64,000 bases of DNA, from sequence record NC_054926.1; one strand, given 5' to 3'. The notes beneath the pieces are model-generated. The model had not been told where the DNA came from. It ran no database searches and saw nothing but the letters and a program-made list of their open reading frames with translations. The translations under genes and the position numbers were made by a program. Of this stretch, positions 61,282 to 64,000 are shown piece after piece. Position 1 is the first letter of the stretch. The number at the start of each line of letters is the position of its first letter. The stretch is from Escherichia phage vB_EcoM_OE5505.

Positions 61282-62741
61282 AAACCAGTTACCTCATGAA
61301 AATCACCAAATACATCCTCGAATGTATTAGCTTTAGTTTTATCTTCACGCAAACGAATCGCAATCGGAAGAAATAATTTAACGTAATCAGTGCGGCCATC
61401 AGATTTTAACCAACCGTTGCATTCGCACTCTAGAATTTTTCCAATATAATAATTTTGGTTTTCCATAATGCGAGTACGGTCAAGTTCATGCGATTTTACA
61501 CCGGCTTTATCTTTTAAGCCTGAACCAGCATTTACCTTAATTTTTCCACACTCTGATTCAAGAATAAATCCACCCGCTTTAGTAGGGTCTTTACGGTGAG
61601 GATAAATTCCTACAATTTTTAAATCAACATCAATTACTTCTTTAAATTTATAGAGATTTTTTGAACGAGCATTTTCCCATAATCCATCGATATTTTTGAG
61701 AATAATACCTTCAAGACCTTGGTCAATATACTTTTTATAAATTACCTTAGCTTCATCTAGGTTATTTACTACTTGGTTTTCAATTAAAATTACTTTATCA
61801 TATCCTGATGTCATTTGTTCTAGTTTAGAAAAACGTACATCATATTTTAAACGAAACGCCGGAAGACCGTATATTTCTACTAACGGGACATAATCCCAGA
61901 CCTGAAACTTCATGCATTGAGCTTCTTTTTCTGAAATAGTTCCCTTTAAAGATTTATTGGCAATTCCATTAGAAGCAGTACGAGATTCAGCTACTTCGGC
62001 GAATTCTTTAGCTTTACTAATTTCAGGATAAGCATCAAAAAGAAAATCTAGGCCTTCTGGTTCCTTTTCAACTTGCTCATGGTATACCAATTCGCCATCA
62101 ATTAACACACCTTCTGGATGAATCTGGCGGGCTTCAGCGGTCATTTTGATTAACTCTTCCTTAAGAAGGTCTAATCCTAGATATTCATTACCAGCTCGTG
62201 ATAAAAGACGAACATCATCTAATTCATCACCTCTAACTTCAGCAAAACACCGAGCTCCATCAGCTTTTAACTGGGCAAAGGCTGGAAATTTAATATTCTT
62301 ATTAATGCCTTTTTCATCATAAGAACTTGCCAGCATTTGAGGTTGTTCAGGAATTAAACCTGGCCAAACTTTGTTTGCAATAGATACTGAAGCACCACAT
62401 TCAAGGTCTCGCATCATCACTCGACGCAAAACTTCAACATCATCTTTTTTACCATCGGTGATGTATCCAGTTAATTCCTCAATTGCCGCATTTCCAGTCA
62501 ATTTCCGAGTAGCTAACGTGAATTCAATGAAGTCAAGCATATCGGTAAGAGTCAACATTCCAAAACTCTGGGTAGCAATACCAGGTTTAGGCCATTTCTT
62601 GATATAATACTGTAACCCACGAGAATAAGTCAGACGATATACTCGTTTAAGCAATTCATTATCTTTATTCTTTTCAAGAATTGCTTGCTTCTGTTTAGTT
62701 GAACCAATAGATGCTATTTCGTTCAGAATTTTAAGAATCAT
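61278..62741 (-). CDS. 30: ATP-dependent DNA ligase gp30
   Basis: 487 aa, same length as T4 ligase; adenylation motif KADGAR. Confidence 0.95.
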   Translation of the reverse strand: MILKILNEIASIGSTKQKQAILEKNKDNELLKRVYRLTYSRGLQYYIKKWPKPGIATQSFGMLTLTDMLDFIEFTLATRKLTGNAAIEELTGYITDGKKDDVEVLRRVMMRDLECGASVSIANKVWPGLIPEQPQMLASSYDEKGINKNIKFPAFAQLKADGARCFAEVRGDELDDVRLLSRAGNEYLGLDLLKEELIKMTAEARQIHPEGVLIDGELVYHEQVEKEPEGLDFLFDAYPEISKAKEFAEVAESRTASNGIANKSLKGTISEKEAQCMKFQVWDYVPLVEIYGLPAFRLKYDVRFSKLEQMTSGYDKVILIENQVVNNLDEAKVIYKKYIDQGLEGIILKNIDGLWENARSKNLYKFKEVIDVDLKIVGIYPHRKDPTKAGGFILESECGKIKVNAGSGLKDKAGVKSHELDRTRIMENQNYYIGKILECECNGWLKSDGRTDYVKLFLPIAIRLREDKTKANTFEDVFGDFHEVTGL

Positions 62742-63007
62742 TGTTCATCCTTTAGAGTTTGGTTTACAGCTCTATTATAAATCAATTCATCATTAAGCTC
62801 AGTCAAAGACCTGTGGTACGTGGTTCTAACTTTATTTCCTTGCATCCAGTGCTTGACGTAAATGAAACCTTGCTCTACACATTTTTTAAAAATTCGTTCG
62901 TCTTTTTGAGCTCGGAATTCTGGATTGCATCTAAAAAATTGATTTACGTGACCGTAATCACGTGTAGTATTACCTTCATTTTCATAAATAGTGTGAACAA
63001 CAAACAT
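62738..63007 (-). CDS. 30.1: Hypothetical protein 30.1
   Basis: 89 aa ORF overlapping gene 30 start. Confidence 0.75.
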   Translation of the reverse strand: MFVVHTIYENEGNTTRDYGHVNQFFRCNPEFRAQKDERIFKKCVEQGFIYVKHWMQGNKVRTTYHRSLTELNDELIYNRAVNQTLKDEQ

Positions 63008-63846
63008 TAGAATGCTCCTTGGAAAATATTATCACCACTAGTAGGTCTATTATACAAATACTCTATGCCACCAGGTTTAATATAGTTCCATGTCTGAAAC
63101 GGATGTGTCTGATATGGATGATATAGATGATTATAAGGATTAAATCCAGGAGTTCTCCAGGTAGTGTTCCAAGGAAAAGAATCGTTTTTGATCATCTTCT
63201 CGATTGCATCTTTTATAGCTTTTTCACTATCAAAGCTTTCTTTATTTTCCTTTGGTGAAAAAAGCTTATTCTCTACATCGTTCCATGTATAAACTCGCTG
63301 AGCAGTTTTTGGAATATTGTCACGCTCTCCTCGAGCCATCCAATAAACAGGAACATTTAATATTTCACTCGCGTGATCGCAGTGGTGAGCGAGATCGTCA
63401 ATATAACAAATTACGTTATATTTCTCTTTTGCCTTTTTGAACAACTCTTCTTTTGAAGAATCATGACCACACATCATTACTTCTGAGAAGGCACCAGGAA
63501 AAAGAGCATTCAAATTAAATTGACGATTCAGCAGAGCGTCAATAGAATCACCCAGTGCTGTAACAGCTACAAAATTATAATCTTCTTTTAATTTGTTAAT
63601 TACACACAGAGCATCTTTATATGGAGACAAGTAACGAATAAAATCCGAACGATTGTATTTTTCAATTAACTTGACGCCAAGTTCTTCATCACAATTAAAA
63701 AGTTTACCTGGAGAAATAAATTTCTCATCTTGGATCATTTTTAAAATATGTTCCAACGGAAGGTTATATTTCTGGGCAAAATAAGGAAGGCCTGATTGCC
63801 AGCTTAAACATACTCCATCAATATCAGTTAAAATAGTAGGCTTCAT
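63007..63846 (-). CDS. 30.2: Hypothetical protein 30.2
   Basis: 279 aa ORF, ATGA-coupled with neighbours. Confidence 0.8.
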   Translation of the reverse strand: MKPTILTDIDGVCLSWQSGLPYFAQKYNLPLEHILKMIQDEKFISPGKLFNCDEELGVKLIEKYNRSDFIRYLSPYKDALCVINKLKEDYNFVAVTALGDSIDALLNRQFNLNALFPGAFSEVMMCGHDSSKEELFKKAKEKYNVICYIDDLAHHCDHASEILNVPVYWMARGERDNIPKTAQRVYTWNDVENKLFSPKENKESFDSEKAIKDAIEKMIKNDSFPWNTTWRTPGFNPYNHLYHPYQTHPFQTWNYIKPGGIEYLYNRPTSGDNIFQGAF

Positions 63847-64000
63847 AAAGAGTCTCTTAATAGGTTTAACACATCAATAAATTCAGCTTCGGTTAGTATT
63901 GTATCATCTTTTGTTAGACCACTAGCCATGCTGTGCTTCAAAACTTTTCCTTTCGAGGCTTGTAATGCATCGCGAAAGCCCCTATTTTGGATCGCTGCTT
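63843..64000 (-). CDS. Partial CDS (30.3 position), 5-prime end beyond window
   Basis: Open frame ...MASGLTKDDTILTEAEFIDVLNLLRDSL ending in TGA overlapping 30.2 ATG. Confidence 0.5.
   Translation of the reverse strand, partial: AAIQNRGFRDALQASKGKVLKHSMASGLTKDDTILTEAEFIDVLNLLRDSL

Overview
This window is a T4-like (T-even, Tequatrovirus-type) myovirus genome segment, AT-rich, with gene order colinear with the T4 map from lysozyme e to DNA ligase gene 30. All calls below are from reading the sequence and recalled T4 biology; no database search or tRNA/RNA-folding software was run. Layout: (1) 90-4000, minus strand: e, nudE and a run of small e.2-e.7-position ORFs, several membrane proteins. 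(2) 4000-5300: capsid-targeted internal-protein (IP)-like genes with late promoters and terminators. (3) 5300-8050: a stable-RNA/tRNA cluster with nine hand-folded minus-strand tRNAs (Arg, His, Asn, Tyr, Ile/Met-CAU, Ser, Pro, Gly, Leu), interrupted by an HNH homing endonuclease and a second endonuclease-like ORF. (4) 8100-13100: three unknown ORFs, two more IP-like genes, 57B (Acb1-type 2H phosphoesterase), 57A, genes 1, 3, 2, 4. (5) 13100-43000, plus strand: the late morphogenetic block 53, 5, 5.1, 5.4, 6-12, wac, 13-20, 67, 68, 21-24 with TATAAATA late promoters and tetraloop hairpin terminators. (6) 43000-64000: rnlB, 24.2, 24.3, hoc, inh, uvsW, uvsW.1, uvsY, 25, 26, 51, 27, 28, 29, 48, 54, two tandem Alt-type ADP-ribosyltransferase genes, gene 30 and 30.1-30.3. 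The phage is not T4 itself: the lysozyme differs at three residues (a pattern I associate from memory with T2-type lysozyme), the tRNA set differs from the T4 set, and segD is absent between 23 and 24. I found no large foreign multi-gene insertion such as a defence operon. The noteworthy content is in the hypervariable accessory loci: hoc is cut by one in-frame ochre codon, two IP-like genes look frameshifted at homopolymers, the IP and e.2-e.5 cassettes share repeated junction modules, and the Alt paralogs diverge in their central region.
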